From Candidatus Entotheonellaceae bacterium (GTDB lineage Bacteria > Tectomicrobia > Entotheonellia > Entotheonellales > Entotheonellaceae), in contig OZ250173.1 of assembly GCA_965238075.1 (NCBI GenBank), positions 3,264,001-3,328,000 on the forward strand: a stretch of 64,000 bases of DNA, given 5' to 3'. How positions within the stretch are numbered: position 1 is the first letter of the stretch; every line of letters begins with the position of its first letter. Below are positions 1-9,190 of the stretch, one piece after another. Under the pieces are notes generated by a model that worked only from the letters and a program-made list of their open reading frames with translations, did no database searches and was not told where the DNA came from. A program made the position numbers and the translations under genes.

Positions 1-1076
1 CACGGATCTTCTTTGAACAGCCACCAGTCCGCCTCGCGCTTCTCCTCCTGCCAGAACGTCCGGTAAAAATAAGGAACGGTGTCGTGGCTCAGGAGGAGCT
101 GGTCCTCATAGCCCGCCTCCAGTAACGGCCTGATGTACTCGGCGCGATCTTCCACCGGGTAATTCGGGTAACCGATGCGGTCGAATTGCACCCACACCCC
201 CAGGTCCGCCAGTTGCTTGTGATAGTCCGTGGCCCGGACGTTCTCGCGGTCATCCTTGTAGCCTTGATGTCCGATGATGATCTTTTGCGGGCCGACACCC
301 AGGGAGAGCAGCAATTGGGCCATCTCCAGGCCGCCCCCGTCGGTGGTGTGGACACTGATCGGACAGCCCGTTTCGATGCAGGCCAGTCCCGCTGCCGTAT
401 TGGCGCGCCGCTCCAGGGCGGTCAGATAGGTGCTGGTGGCGATCTTGATGATGCCGGCCTTGACGTCCGTGAAGGCGGCGCCGGGCTCGCCGTATGGGTC
501 TTCCATCCCTTCGGTGATTTCCTTCACGTAGAGCTGCGTGACCTGTTCGATGCCGTTGGGCTGCACCAGCATGGCGGCGGCCCACAGGTGCATGGGCGCC
601 AGCGCCTCGCCCCAGAACCCGGTGCAGCCGACGACGTGGACCGGGCTTTTCTTGGCCATGTCGACGATCAGATCGGGGTAGCGACCCACCCGGATCGGCG
701 TCACCTCGACGATCGTGCCGCTTTTGGCCCAGCCGTCGAGCTGATTGTGAAATGCTTGCAAGCCGCTTGCCGCCTGGTCAATGACTTGTTGGCGGAACGC
801 GCCTTCAATCGGGGCGATGGGATGGCCGTACAGCTCCGACCAGTCGATCACCGGGGCGTGCTCGTGCATGAGCGTGACGCCGAGGTCCTCCGGCGAAATC
901 GGGCCCAGAACCGTCTGCACCCTCGGGCCTTCGCCGTTGTCGGACGTCTGCGCCTGCGCGACCTGTGTATGTTCAACCAGCGCCTCTCCGAGGGTGGCCA
1001 TGACCGCCAGGGCCGATGAGGTCTTGACGAAATCCCGTCGGGTTATGTTGGAGGAATGATCGTTGCCCGCATCCAT
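1..1076 (-). CDS. Tat-exported phosphotriesterase-family metallohydrolase (3' end runs off the window)
   Basis: Manual translation from ATG 1076 (RBS GAAAGGAG): MDAGNDHSSNITRRDFVKT (twin-Arg) ... VQTVLGPISPEDLGVTLMHEH ... IIKIAT ... SVHTT ... IGHQG ... LLSHD. Absent from the ORF track because it has no stop in the window. Confidence 0.85.
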   Translation of the reverse strand, partial: MDAGNDHSSNITRRDFVKTSSALAVMATLGEALVEHTQVAQAQTSDNGEGPRVQTVLGPISPEDLGVTLMHEHAPVIDWSELYGHPIAPIEGAFRQQVIDQAASGLQAFHNQLDGWAKSGTIVEVTPIRVGRYPDLIVDMAKKSPVHVVGCTGFWGEALAPMHLWAAAMLVQPNGIEQVTQLYVKEITEGMEDPYGEPGAAFTDVKAGIIKIATSTYLTALERRANTAAGLACIETGCPISVHTTDGGGLEMAQLLLSLGVGPQKIIIGHQGYKDDRENVRATDYHKQLADLGVWVQFDRIGYPNYPVEDRAEYIRPLLEAGYEDQLLLSHDTVPYFYRTFWQEEKREADWWLFKEDP

Positions 1077-1240
1077 GGTGTGCTCCTTTCCGCAGAGGGG
1101 ATGACGTGCGAAATTGGTCTGGGGCGCCACTATATCGCCTTTTCAGGGTCAATGGAATAAGAACGCAGCCCTGCCGTGACAATTTTCGCGACTGGACGGT
1201 ACGACATACCTTTGCAAACTGGAACGGAGGGGATGGGGTG

Positions 1241-1951
1241 CTAAGCTGGGAACACCGCCGCAACTGGCACGACGATTTCAGGCGCCACCAAGGGGGAAAC
1301 CTGCTCGGCAGGGTGAAGAACCTGGCAATCCTGATAGCGCCAGGCGCTGAAGAATTGAGGGTCGGGGACGGGGTGCCGGTACACTTCGAGGCAGCGTTCG
1401 GGGAGATTGACGAGCCAGAAGTCGCGGACGCCGGCCGCGGCGTAGAGTGGACCCTTGTGGTCGCGGTCATAGTCGGGGGACGATTCGGCGACCCCGATGA
1501 CGAGGGCGGCGCTGGTAGGGCGTCCGGCCGCGCTGGTGGGTGCGTTCAGGGACACAATGGCCAAGTTCGGCTCGGGTTCGGAGGTCAAGGAAGGCAGGGT
1601 GAGGGGCATCTGAATGCGAAGGTGATACCCCGTCCGGGAGTTGACATACGGGCTCAGGATTTCATTCAACTATATGATGGTCAGAGCGTGGGGTTCACCC
1701 ATGGGCGACATGACAAGAATTTCTCCCTGCACGAGCTCGACGTGCTTGTCTTCAAGCATCCCCAGGGCGACGAGTTGCTCATAATCCTCCAGTGTCCAGC
1801 GGTATGGCTTGCAAGCGGCGCCGGTGATGACAACGTCGCCGTCCAGCAACTTGATTTCGTCGAACACTCCGGCCTCGACCATGTTGTGGTATTCGTTGGT
1901 GCTCCACTGGTAACGCGGTAAGGTAGTCGTCACGGATTGCTGCCTTGTCAT
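1241..1951 (-). pseudogene. Uma2-family endonuclease-like gene with an in-frame TAG (1670-1672)
   Basis: RWTLEDYEQL...VELVQGEILVMSPMGEPH*LNEIL...SEPEPNLAIV...DRDHKGPLYAAAGVRDFWLVNL; two in-frame ORFs separated by one TAG. Confidence 0.8.
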
Positions 1952-2012
1952 CGCTTCAGACCTCACGGCAGGATGCTCGCCTGCGGGGAGAAAGTAGAGG
2001 GCCGCCTGTGGG

Positions 2013-2576
2013 ATGTCAACCGCCAAGCAGATTCTGAACAACACAAACCTTATTGCGAAACAGGAGACGCTTATCTCTACCTCGTGCCCTGCTGTACCTG
2101 TGTGGTACACCCTTCTTGAAACAACCTTCGGCGCCTTGGGTGTAGCCGGCACGGCTCAGGGTCTGACACACGTCGAATTTCAGGACGGTGAGCACCCGGT
2201 ACGGCGGCGGGCGGATTGGCAGGAAAATCAGGGGATTCTTGACGAGGCACGAAAGCAGTTGCGGGAGTATTTCGAGGGACGGCGTCAGCGCTTCACGTTG
2301 CCGGTGGCGCCGGGTGGGACGCCGTTTCAGCAACGGGTGTGGCGGGAACTTCAGGCGATTCCATGGGGCACGACGACAACGTATCGGGAAATCGCCGAGC
2401 GGCTTGGGCAGCCGGCGGCGGTACGGGCCGTGGGGCATGCCAACGGGCGCAACCCGGTGGCCATCGTCATTCCGTGCCACCGGGTCGTGGGCGCCGACGG
2501 CCGGCTAACCGGCTATGCCGGCGGCATCGCGGTCAAGCGGCGCCTGCTGCAACACGAGGGCGCCCTGCTCGTCTAG
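2013..2576 (+). CDS. ogt: Methylated-DNA-protein-cysteine methyltransferase
   Basis: GTPFQQRVW, AVRAVGHANGRNP, active site IPCHRVV. Confidence 0.95.
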   Translation: MSTAKQILNNTNLIAKQETLISTSCPAVPVWYTLLETTFGALGVAGTAQGLTHVEFQDGEHPVRRRADWQENQGILDEARKQLREYFEGRRQRFTLPVAPGGTPFQQRVWRELQAIPWGTTTTYREIAERLGQPAAVRAVGHANGRNPVAIVIPCHRVVGADGRLTGYAGGIAVKRRLLQHEGALLV

Positions 2577-2670
2577 TGTCCAAATTCTTAAGTTTTGATG
2601 ATTATCTGGGACAGTTTTACCAATAAAATCAACGAAGTAAAAACATACGAATTTCAGAATCAGGACGCTG
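2574..2670. mobile_element. Candidate ~97 bp AT-rich MITE
   Basis: Imperfect terminal inverted repeats: TAGTGTCCCAAATTCTTAAGTTTTGATG versus the reverse complement of the right end, CAGCGTCCTGATTCTGAAATTCGTATG. Confidence 0.45.
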
Positions 2671-2688
2671 CGTAGTTCAGGGCTTTCC

Positions 2689-2768
2689 TCCTCACCCCAA
2701 CCCTCTCCCTCCAGGGGAGAGGGAGCAAACCCCTAAAGCCAGCCTCTTGAAGGGAGGGGGAGCGGGGG
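2689..2768. repeat. REP-like C-rich/G-rich palindrome between convergent genes
   Basis: CCCTCTCCC-TCCAG-GGGAGAGGG hairpin at 2701-2723 followed by a G-rich tail. Confidence 0.55.
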
Positions 2769-2801
2769 CAATCAGATACGGACGTGCTCTAGCCCTGGCC
2801 G

Positions 2802-3242
2802 TCAGTCCAGCGGCGGCAGCACGTCGGGTTCGACCTGATAGCCATCGGCCAGGGTGTTGGTGGTGTTGAACAGCCCGACAATCGCCATCACCTCGCCCAG
2901 CGCTTCGATATCTAACCCCAGCTTGCGCACCGCCGCGGTGTGGGAGTTGGTGCAGTATGCGCAGCCGTTGGTCGCCGACACCGCCAGGGCGATGATCTCC
3001 CGCGTCAGCGGATCAAGCCGCGACTGACGTCCGACGGTCTCCGGGTGCATAAGGGTTTTCAGGTTCGTCCACACCAGTTCCAGGTGGTCGGGGTTCGTCG
3101 CCAGAACGCGCCAGAAATTGGGCACGAACGACAGTCCCTTGGTGGCCTTGATGTCGGCGAATATCGCCGCCGCCTTGCCGCTTGCCTCGTCTTCGCTCAC
3201 CATGCGGACGGTGGCCATCCGTTCTTCGGTCATTGTCGCCAT
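2802..3242 (-). CDS. Carboxymuconolactone decarboxylase/AhpD-family protein
   Basis: REIIALAVSATNGCAYCTNSH motif; start MATMTEER chosen because the upstream extension overlaps the dioxygenase. Confidence 0.88.
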   Translation of the reverse strand: MATMTEERMATVRMVSEDEASGKAAAIFADIKATKGLSFVPNFWRVLATNPDHLELVWTNLKTLMHPETVGRQSRLDPLTREIIALAVSATNGCAYCTNSHTAAVRKLGLDIEALGEVMAIVGLFNTTNTLADGYQVEPDVLPPLD

Positions 3243-3286
3243 GAATGGTTTCTCTCCTTGCCGTTTGAATCTCTTGCCTTCCTGGA

Positions 3287-4201
3287 TTAACCCTGCGCGG
3301 CGACCGGCTGCTCCGCCGGCGCTCGATGCCCCCAAATGCTGCCCGTCGCGTGCTGCTGCACCTGCCAGGTGCTGTCGTCCACGGTGCGCGCCCCCCAGCC
3401 GTATTCGACCTCGAAGCCCGACGGCGAAGCCATGTAGAACGACACCATGTGGTCGTTGGTATGACGCCCCATGGTGCGGTTGATCGGCACCCCCTGGTCC
3501 TGGCACAGAGTGTGCGTCGAGCCGACGTCGTCTAGCGATTGCGTCTGCAGCATGAAGTGCCGCAGACGGGGCTTGATCGATGCGGCCAGGAACGCGACCG
3601 AGTGGTGGCGCGGGTTGCAGTGGAAAAAGGCCATGCGGGGCGAGGCGCTCCCGGTGGGGGCCATCCTGGAAGTCTGCACGAAATCGCTGATCCGCATGCC
3701 GAGCACGTCGCGGTAGAAGTGAATGCTCCGCCCTACGTCCTCAACCACCAGCACAATGTGTCCCAGGCCCTGCGTGCCGGTTTCAAAACCGGAGATGGCG
3801 CGCGGCGAGGCAAAGGGCTGATCGTAGTTCACCAACGGACCGTAAAAAATTTCGGTGCGCAAGCCGTCCGGATCGTCGAATGCAATGAGGTCCACAACCC
3901 GCCGCTGCGCCGCCAGGTCTGCGGCGCCGGCCGTTACCTCGACCCCCGCGGCTTCCAGTTGCCCCCGTATCGTCTTGAGGGCATGTTCGTCGGCGACCTC
4001 CCAGCCCACGTGGTCGATGTCGTCGTGTCCGTTGGCCCGCAGGGCGAACCGGTGATGATACTCGTCCATTTTAAGGAGCAAGGTGCCATCGGCGTCCGGC
4101 TCGTGTGCTTGCAGGCCGAGCGTCCGGGTCGCAAAGCGCTCCCAGGCTTCAACGTCACTCACCCCAATACCCAGATACCCAAGTTGGGTCACGCGTTCCA
4201 T
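3287..4201 (-). CDS. Extradiol ring-cleavage dioxygenase (BphC/HsaC family)
   Basis: VTQLGYLG, GLGHIVL, FFHCNPRHHS, GRHTNDHMVSFYMASPSGFEVEYGWG. Confidence 0.93.
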   Translation of the reverse strand: MERVTQLGYLGIGVSDVEAWERFATRTLGLQAHEPDADGTLLLKMDEYHHRFALRANGHDDIDHVGWEVADEHALKTIRGQLEAAGVEVTAGAADLAAQRRVVDLIAFDDPDGLRTEIFYGPLVNYDQPFASPRAISGFETGTQGLGHIVLVVEDVGRSIHFYRDVLGMRISDFVQTSRMAPTGSASPRMAFFHCNPRHHSVAFLAASIKPRLRHFMLQTQSLDDVGSTHTLCQDQGVPINRTMGRHTNDHMVSFYMASPSGFEVEYGWGARTVDDSTWQVQQHATGSIWGHRAPAEQPVAAQG

Positions 4202-4219
4202 GTTGCCTCCTTAGTTGCG

Positions 4220-5671
4220 TCAATTGTCCTTACCGAGAAACTCTCGGATACGCTCCATCAACGGTTCCTTGGGATACATACTGTACAGGAAACCAGCGCG
4301 GGCCAGCGGGTCGCCGGCAAAGAAACGCTCGTAGAGTACCTGTCGGCCGCCAAAGGCGCTACAGGCGACGTCCCACGCCAAGTGGAACAGTTGAACCCGC
4401 TCCCGAGCGGAGGCCGTGTCTGTGGCCAGATACCGCTCGATCTCTGCCGCCAACGGGGTCTCGAAATCCGCCTCGGACGGCAGGGCCATGAAGCTGCTCG
4501 ATCCCAGGAGTTGCAAAATTTCCACCATGCGGGAATAGACGCTCATGAACAGCGTGCGGATGGCTTCCAGCGGCAGCTCGTCGGGACACATCACGCCCCA
4601 CTGATCGACCCGCGCGTCCGCCTCGGCAGCGCGCAAGGAGGCTTTCATGACCTCCGTGTAGGTCATAAGCTCGGCCAGACGCTCCTTCACGTGCGGTAGT
4701 TCCTCCGAGCCCAGCGTGCGCGCCATGAGCAGGGCCACGCCCAGCACGAACTCGCTCTTCGCCACGTTCTTGACCGCCCCCTGATGAGCCGTGTGCACCG
4801 ACGAGTTGGTGGCGCGCGGCATGTCATTGAGCAGATCCGCGTCCCCCAACAAAAAGACCCGCTCCCAGGGCACGAAGACATCGTCGAAAAAGACCGTGGC
4901 GTCCATCTCCTCGAAGCGCGAGCCCAAGGGATGATCGAAGTGCGAGCGGCCCATATCGAAACTCTCGCGGCACAGAAATTTGATCCCCGGCGTGCTACAG
5001 GGAATGGCGAAATTGAGCACGTAGGCTTCCGATCCGGCGGCGTTTCCGCCTCCAAAACGGGGCGAGTAGACGGCGATTTCGTCGGCGATCGGCCCGAGTG
5101 TCGCCAGAATACGCGAGCCGTGCAGCACCAGGCCGGCGTCCGTTTCCCGCACCACGCGCAGCCCCACGCCCTCGGACAGCTGAGATTGGCCCGAGGTGCG
5201 CCGGCGCTGCAGGTTGATCAGGGCATGGGTCAAGGTCAGATCGTTTTCCCGGATGTACTCGTAGTACTGCCGGACGTGCGTTTTGAAGGCCGGACGGTTC
5301 TGGGCGAAATAATCCGCTGCGGCGCTCCAGGCGGCGAAATTGACGTTCAGAAAATCCGGTGAACGCCCCAGCATGCCGCATCCGGTGCGCGCCCAGCGCA
5401 TCATCATCCTGCCGCGCTGCTGGAGTTCGAGTTGCGTCTGCGGAATGATGAAGGAGTACCCTACCCGGTCGCCGGTGGTCGGTGACACATAGGTCATCTC
5501 ATCACGCAGCTCGGCGCGGGATTGCAAGTCGTAGAGGGCGGCCACAGTCTGCACACCCCCGCGCAACGCCGGATGCGTGGTGACGTCCGTAATCCGTTCA
5601 CCCCGCAGCCAGACCTCGCGCGGATGTTCCCGCAACCCGGTGATGTAATCCTGTCCCGTCCGTGCCGGCAT
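4220..5671 (-). CDS. hpaB: 4-hydroxyphenylacetate 3-monooxygenase, oxygenase component
   Basis: MPARTGQDYITGLR, GMLGRSPDFLN, SHFDHPLGSRFEEMDA, FGGRQVLYERFFAGDP. Confidence 0.88.
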   Translation of the reverse strand: MPARTGQDYITGLREHPREVWLRGERITDVTTHPALRGGVQTVAALYDLQSRAELRDEMTYVSPTTGDRVGYSFIIPQTQLELQQRGRMMMRWARTGCGMLGRSPDFLNVNFAAWSAAADYFAQNRPAFKTHVRQYYEYIRENDLTLTHALINLQRRRTSGQSQLSEGVGLRVVRETDAGLVLHGSRILATLGPIADEIAVYSPRFGGGNAAGSEAYVLNFAIPCSTPGIKFLCRESFDMGRSHFDHPLGSRFEEMDATVFFDDVFVPWERVFLLGDADLLNDMPRATNSSVHTAHQGAVKNVAKSEFVLGVALLMARTLGSEELPHVKERLAELMTYTEVMKASLRAAEADARVDQWGVMCPDELPLEAIRTLFMSVYSRMVEILQLLGSSSFMALPSEADFETPLAAEIERYLATDTASARERVQLFHLAWDVACSAFGGRQVLYERFFAGDPLARAGFLYSMYPKEPLMERIREFLGKDN

Positions 5672-5757
5672 GAAGCCTTTTTCCCTTCTGCTCAAGTCGC
5701 TTGGAGGTGTTATCGTCAGATCTGGGAACAAAGAATCTGGAGGGCGCCTTACGACAA

Positions 5758-6480
5758 TCAGGTGCTGGGCTCGTCCAGCAGGACGAGATGCAACTCACCC
5801 GGACCATGCACGCCGACGGTGAGCTTGAGCTCGATGTCGCCGGTGCGGCTGGGGCCGGTGACGAACGAGATGCAGCTGGTGAGATTCTGCTGCATGTCCT
5901 CCCCCGACTGCCGAACGGTGCGCAGGGCGTCGGCGAAGGTGGCGACGACCTGGTCCGTGCGGGCGACGGCGATGTGCACGGGCGGCAGGAGCGAGACGCC
6001 GCGCATCTGGCCGGGCTGCGCCGTCAGCATCAGGGTGCCCGTTTCGGCGATGACGGCATCCACCCCCGAAAGGCCCAGGTCGGCGCGGGCCAGCAAGTCG
6101 CGCATTTCCTGACGGCGATTGCCGGCCTCCGCCTCGCTCGTCGGCGAAGCGGTGTGAACGTTGGCGCCACCGGCCTGGAGCGCGTCGTCGATCTCCAGCG
6201 TATCCAACAAATCCGATTGCCAGCGCACCACGACCTCGGCGCCCTTCTCCTTGGCCAGACGGGTGACGTACTGCACCGCCTCGGCCACGTGCTTGACCCG
6301 CGCCACGCTGCCGCCCACGCCCTCCAGTTCACGCTGCAGACGCGCTGCCAAGTCCTCGCCTTCTGTCACTAACGAAACGATTTCCCTATTCTCCGCGGAT
6401 GCCGCTTCTGCATGATGGGATTGACCTCCCGTTTGCAGAGCCTGCCGCACACGCGCCAGAAAGGCCTCCCGGCTACTCAT
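5758..6480 (-). CDS. lutC: Lactate utilization protein C (LUD domain)
   Basis: AETGTL, SLLPPVHIA, TGPSRTGDIELKLTVGVHGPGELH; last gene of lutABC. Confidence 0.9.
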   Translation of the reverse strand: MSSREAFLARVRQALQTGGQSHHAEAASAENREIVSLVTEGEDLAARLQRELEGVGGSVARVKHVAEAVQYVTRLAKEKGAEVVVRWQSDLLDTLEIDDALQAGGANVHTASPTSEAEAGNRRQEMRDLLARADLGLSGVDAVIAETGTLMLTAQPGQMRGVSLLPPVHIAVARTDQVVATFADALRTVRQSGEDMQQNLTSCISFVTGPSRTGDIELKLTVGVHGPGELHLVLLDEPST

Positions 6481-7921
6481 GATGCCCTCCACCTGCGCCG
6501 TTGCGATGAGGGTGCTCGTATTGCAGGGTGGCCTGCCAGCGATCCCGGAAGGACTGCGGTGCAACCGCCTTGAAATCGCGGGATTGCGTCCAGTGATGGA
6601 ACGGCGGCGGCAATTTCCCCAGCCAACCGCGCCGTGCGAAAGGCGTCTGCCCCAGCCGTGCCAGTTTCAGACCCAATCGGTAAAGCCCCGGATGCCGCAT
6701 AACCCACGCCCACAGCGAAAACAGTGGCGCCTCGCCAGCCGGCGCGTCGCCGCGGCTGACGCTCTGGCGCCGCAGGTTCAATAGCATCTGGGGGATATTA
6801 ATCTTCACTGGGCACGCCTCGCGGCAGGCGCCGCACAGCGTGCTGGCGCGCGGCAGATGCTTGGCCGTGTCCAGGCCGGTGAACAGGGGGGTCAGCACGG
6901 CGCCGATCGGGCCGGGATACACCCAGCCGTAGGCGTGCCCGCCGATATTCTGATAGATCGGGCAAACGTTGAGGCAGGCGCCGCAGCGCAGGCAGTAGAG
7001 CGCCTCGCGATTCTCGCTGCCCAGGATGTTCGAACGTCCGTTGTCCATGACGACCACGTGCAGTTCCTCGGGGCCGTCGAGGTCGTGCGCCCGCCGCGGC
7101 CCGGTGATCATGGTGACGTAGCTGGATATTTTCTGGCCGGTGGCGCTGTTCGTCAGCACTTTTAACATTACCGGCAGATCGTCGAGCCGCGGGATGATCT
7201 TCTCCATGCCCATCAGCGCGATGTGCACCCGCGGCAGGGTGGACGACAAGCGCCCGTTGCCCTCGTTGGTGACCAGGACGATCGAGCCGGTATCGGCGAT
7301 GGCGAAGTTGACGCCCGTGATGCCCACATCGGCGCGCAGAAACTGCTGGCGCAGAGCGCGGCGGGCAATCTGCGTCATGTCGGTCAGTTCTTCGGTGTAC
7401 GGGTTACCGAGCTTGTCGTGCAGCAGCGAGGCGATCTGCTGTCGGGTCTTGTGGATGGCAGGCGCGATGATGTGCGAAGGCGTCTCTTCGGCGAGCTGGA
7501 TGATGTATTCGCCGAGGTCGGTCTCCAGGACCTCGTATCCCAGTTCTTCCAGGTGCGGGTTGAGGTGAATTTCCTCGGCGGCCATCGACTTGCCCTTGAC
7601 GATGACCTTGGCCTCGGCCTGTTGGGCAATGCTGGTAATGATATCGCGCGCCTCGGCGTCGTCGTGCGCCCAATGCACGTGAGCACCTAGCTTGTCCAGG
7701 TTGTCGGCAAATTGCTCCAGATACGTATCGAGCTGGGCAATCGCCTGCTCCTTGACAGCGCGTGCCTGGGTGCGCAACGCCTCGGGGTCACCGAGCGCCT
7801 GCATGGCCGCCACCCGCCGGGGCTCGAATTCGGTGGTCAGGAGGTGTAGAGCATTTTGCAGCGGCTCGTCTTTCAGGGCCTGTCTGGCGTGGTCTTGAAA
7901 GCCCTCAGTTCCCAGATGCAT
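6473..7921 (-). CDS. lutB: Lactate utilization Fe-S protein B
   Basis: ETDLGEYIIQL, TNEGNGRL, CLRCGACLNVCP, CGACREACP. Confidence 0.95.
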   Translation of the reverse strand: MHLGTEGFQDHARQALKDEPLQNALHLLTTEFEPRRVAAMQALGDPEALRTQARAVKEQAIAQLDTYLEQFADNLDKLGAHVHWAHDDAEARDIITSIAQQAEAKVIVKGKSMAAEEIHLNPHLEELGYEVLETDLGEYIIQLAEETPSHIIAPAIHKTRQQIASLLHDKLGNPYTEELTDMTQIARRALRQQFLRADVGITGVNFAIADTGSIVLVTNEGNGRLSSTLPRVHIALMGMEKIIPRLDDLPVMLKVLTNSATGQKISSYVTMITGPRRAHDLDGPEELHVVVMDNGRSNILGSENREALYCLRCGACLNVCPIYQNIGGHAYGWVYPGPIGAVLTPLFTGLDTAKHLPRASTLCGACREACPVKINIPQMLLNLRRQSVSRGDAPAGEAPLFSLWAWVMRHPGLYRLGLKLARLGQTPFARRGWLGKLPPPFHHWTQSRDFKAVAPQSFRDRWQATLQYEHPHRNGAGGGHHE

Positions 7922-8690
7922 GGTGCGGCTCCTCGGCGCTGTGACCGGTGTTCAGTAATTCGGCGAGATGCATGACCCGTACGTCTATCCCCTGCCGTCG
8001 GAGCCGTCCGGCGATGTGCATCAGGCAGCCGGCGTCGCACGACACCAGCGTATCGGCCCCGGCCCGCTGCAGACTGGCGATCTTCTTCTCAAGCATGGCG
8101 CTGGAAATCTCCGGGTATTTCACCGCGAACGTGCCGCCGAAGCCGCAGCACTGCTCCGACATCTCGGCGTCGCACGCCTCGACCCCGGCAACCCGGGATA
8201 TCAGTCGCCGCGGAGCTTCGGTGACACCGAGTTCGCGCTGCAAATGGCAAGAGGCGTGGTAAGCCACCTTGCCAGCGAACGCCGCGCCAACGTCGTCGGT
8301 GCCGACAACGTTGAACAGAAACTCCGACAATTCGTAGGTGCGCGCAGCCAGCGACTCGGCCTGCTGATGCAGGTGGGGGTCTTCGGCAAACAGATCGGGA
8401 TAAAACAGACGGATCATCGCCGTACAGGAACCCGAAGGTACGACGACGTATTCGTAATCGGCGAAGAGGGTGAGGTTGCGTTGCGCGACTAGTCGGGTTT
8501 GGTCATGAAAGCCGGCATTAAAGGCGGGTTGGGCGCAGCAGGTTTGGCCAAGGGGAAAATCGACGGCAATTCCCAGGCGGTGCAGCAGGCGTACGGTAGC
8601 TTCCCCTACTTGCGGGTAGAAGGCGTCGCCCAGACAGGTCACGAACAGGGCTACCCGCGTCGGCCGTCGGCGGCCGGTGGGTTCGGTCAT
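7905..8690 (-). CDS. lutA: Lactate utilization protein A (CCG domains)
   Basis: LFVTCL, QTCCAQPAFNAG, YHASCH, QCCGFGGTFAVK. Confidence 0.93.
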   Translation of the reverse strand: MTEPTGRRRPTRVALFVTCLGDAFYPQVGEATVRLLHRLGIAVDFPLGQTCCAQPAFNAGFHDQTRLVAQRNLTLFADYEYVVVPSGSCTAMIRLFYPDLFAEDPHLHQQAESLAARTYELSEFLFNVVGTDDVGAAFAGKVAYHASCHLQRELGVTEAPRRLISRVAGVEACDAEMSEQCCGFGGTFAVKYPEISSAMLEKKIASLQRAGADTLVSCDAGCLMHIAGRLRRQGIDVRVMHLAELLNTGHSAEEPHHASGN

Positions 8691-8708
8691 GGGTCCTTCT
8701 CCATGGGC

Positions 8709-8930
8709 TCACGCGTTTGAATTTTTGTCCTGATCAATCTTCCGGAAGAGTTCCTGAAACTGATCAGTCAATTGATCAACTTCGCGTTTTCTCCCGCGCA
8801 CACGTCGGCGGCTTAGCCATTGGATAAGGGTATGGCAGGAAAACACCCCGACGAGAAATCCGATGATCAGACCACTGACGAACAATGGCATTACCATACG
8901 CTGAGCCCCTTTCCCAATGAGGAATCCCAA
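8709..8930 (-). CDS. Small hypothetical membrane protein
   Basis: Hydrophobic segment followed by a basic, helical tail; same strand, upstream of lutA; start uncertain. Confidence 0.55.
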   Translation of the reverse strand: MGFLIGKGAQRMVMPLFVSGLIIGFLVGVFSCHTLIQWLSRRRVRGRKREVDQLTDQFQELFRKIDQDKNSNA

Positions 8931-8962
8931 TCCGACATGGAGAGCCTCGGCGAAAATCGTCC

Positions 8963-8991
8963 TTGACGACTCAGACCACGTTAACTAGGAT
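8963..8991 (+). promoter_or_regulatory. Sigma70-type promoter for tRNA-Thr
   Basis: TTGACG-N17-TAGGAT ending 19 bp before the tRNA. Confidence 0.65.
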
Positions 8992-9009
8992 ACAACCCTT
9001 GTTTTTGCC

Positions 9010-9082
<73 letters not shown>

Positions 9083-9190
9083 TTCCCCATAGGTCATGAT
9101 CCCGCCCACTATAAACCAGCACTTGTCAAAAGGCAAAAGACCCTCCGGCAGTTTCCTTCGCCGCCCGGCGCAACATATAAGGACAGCAGG

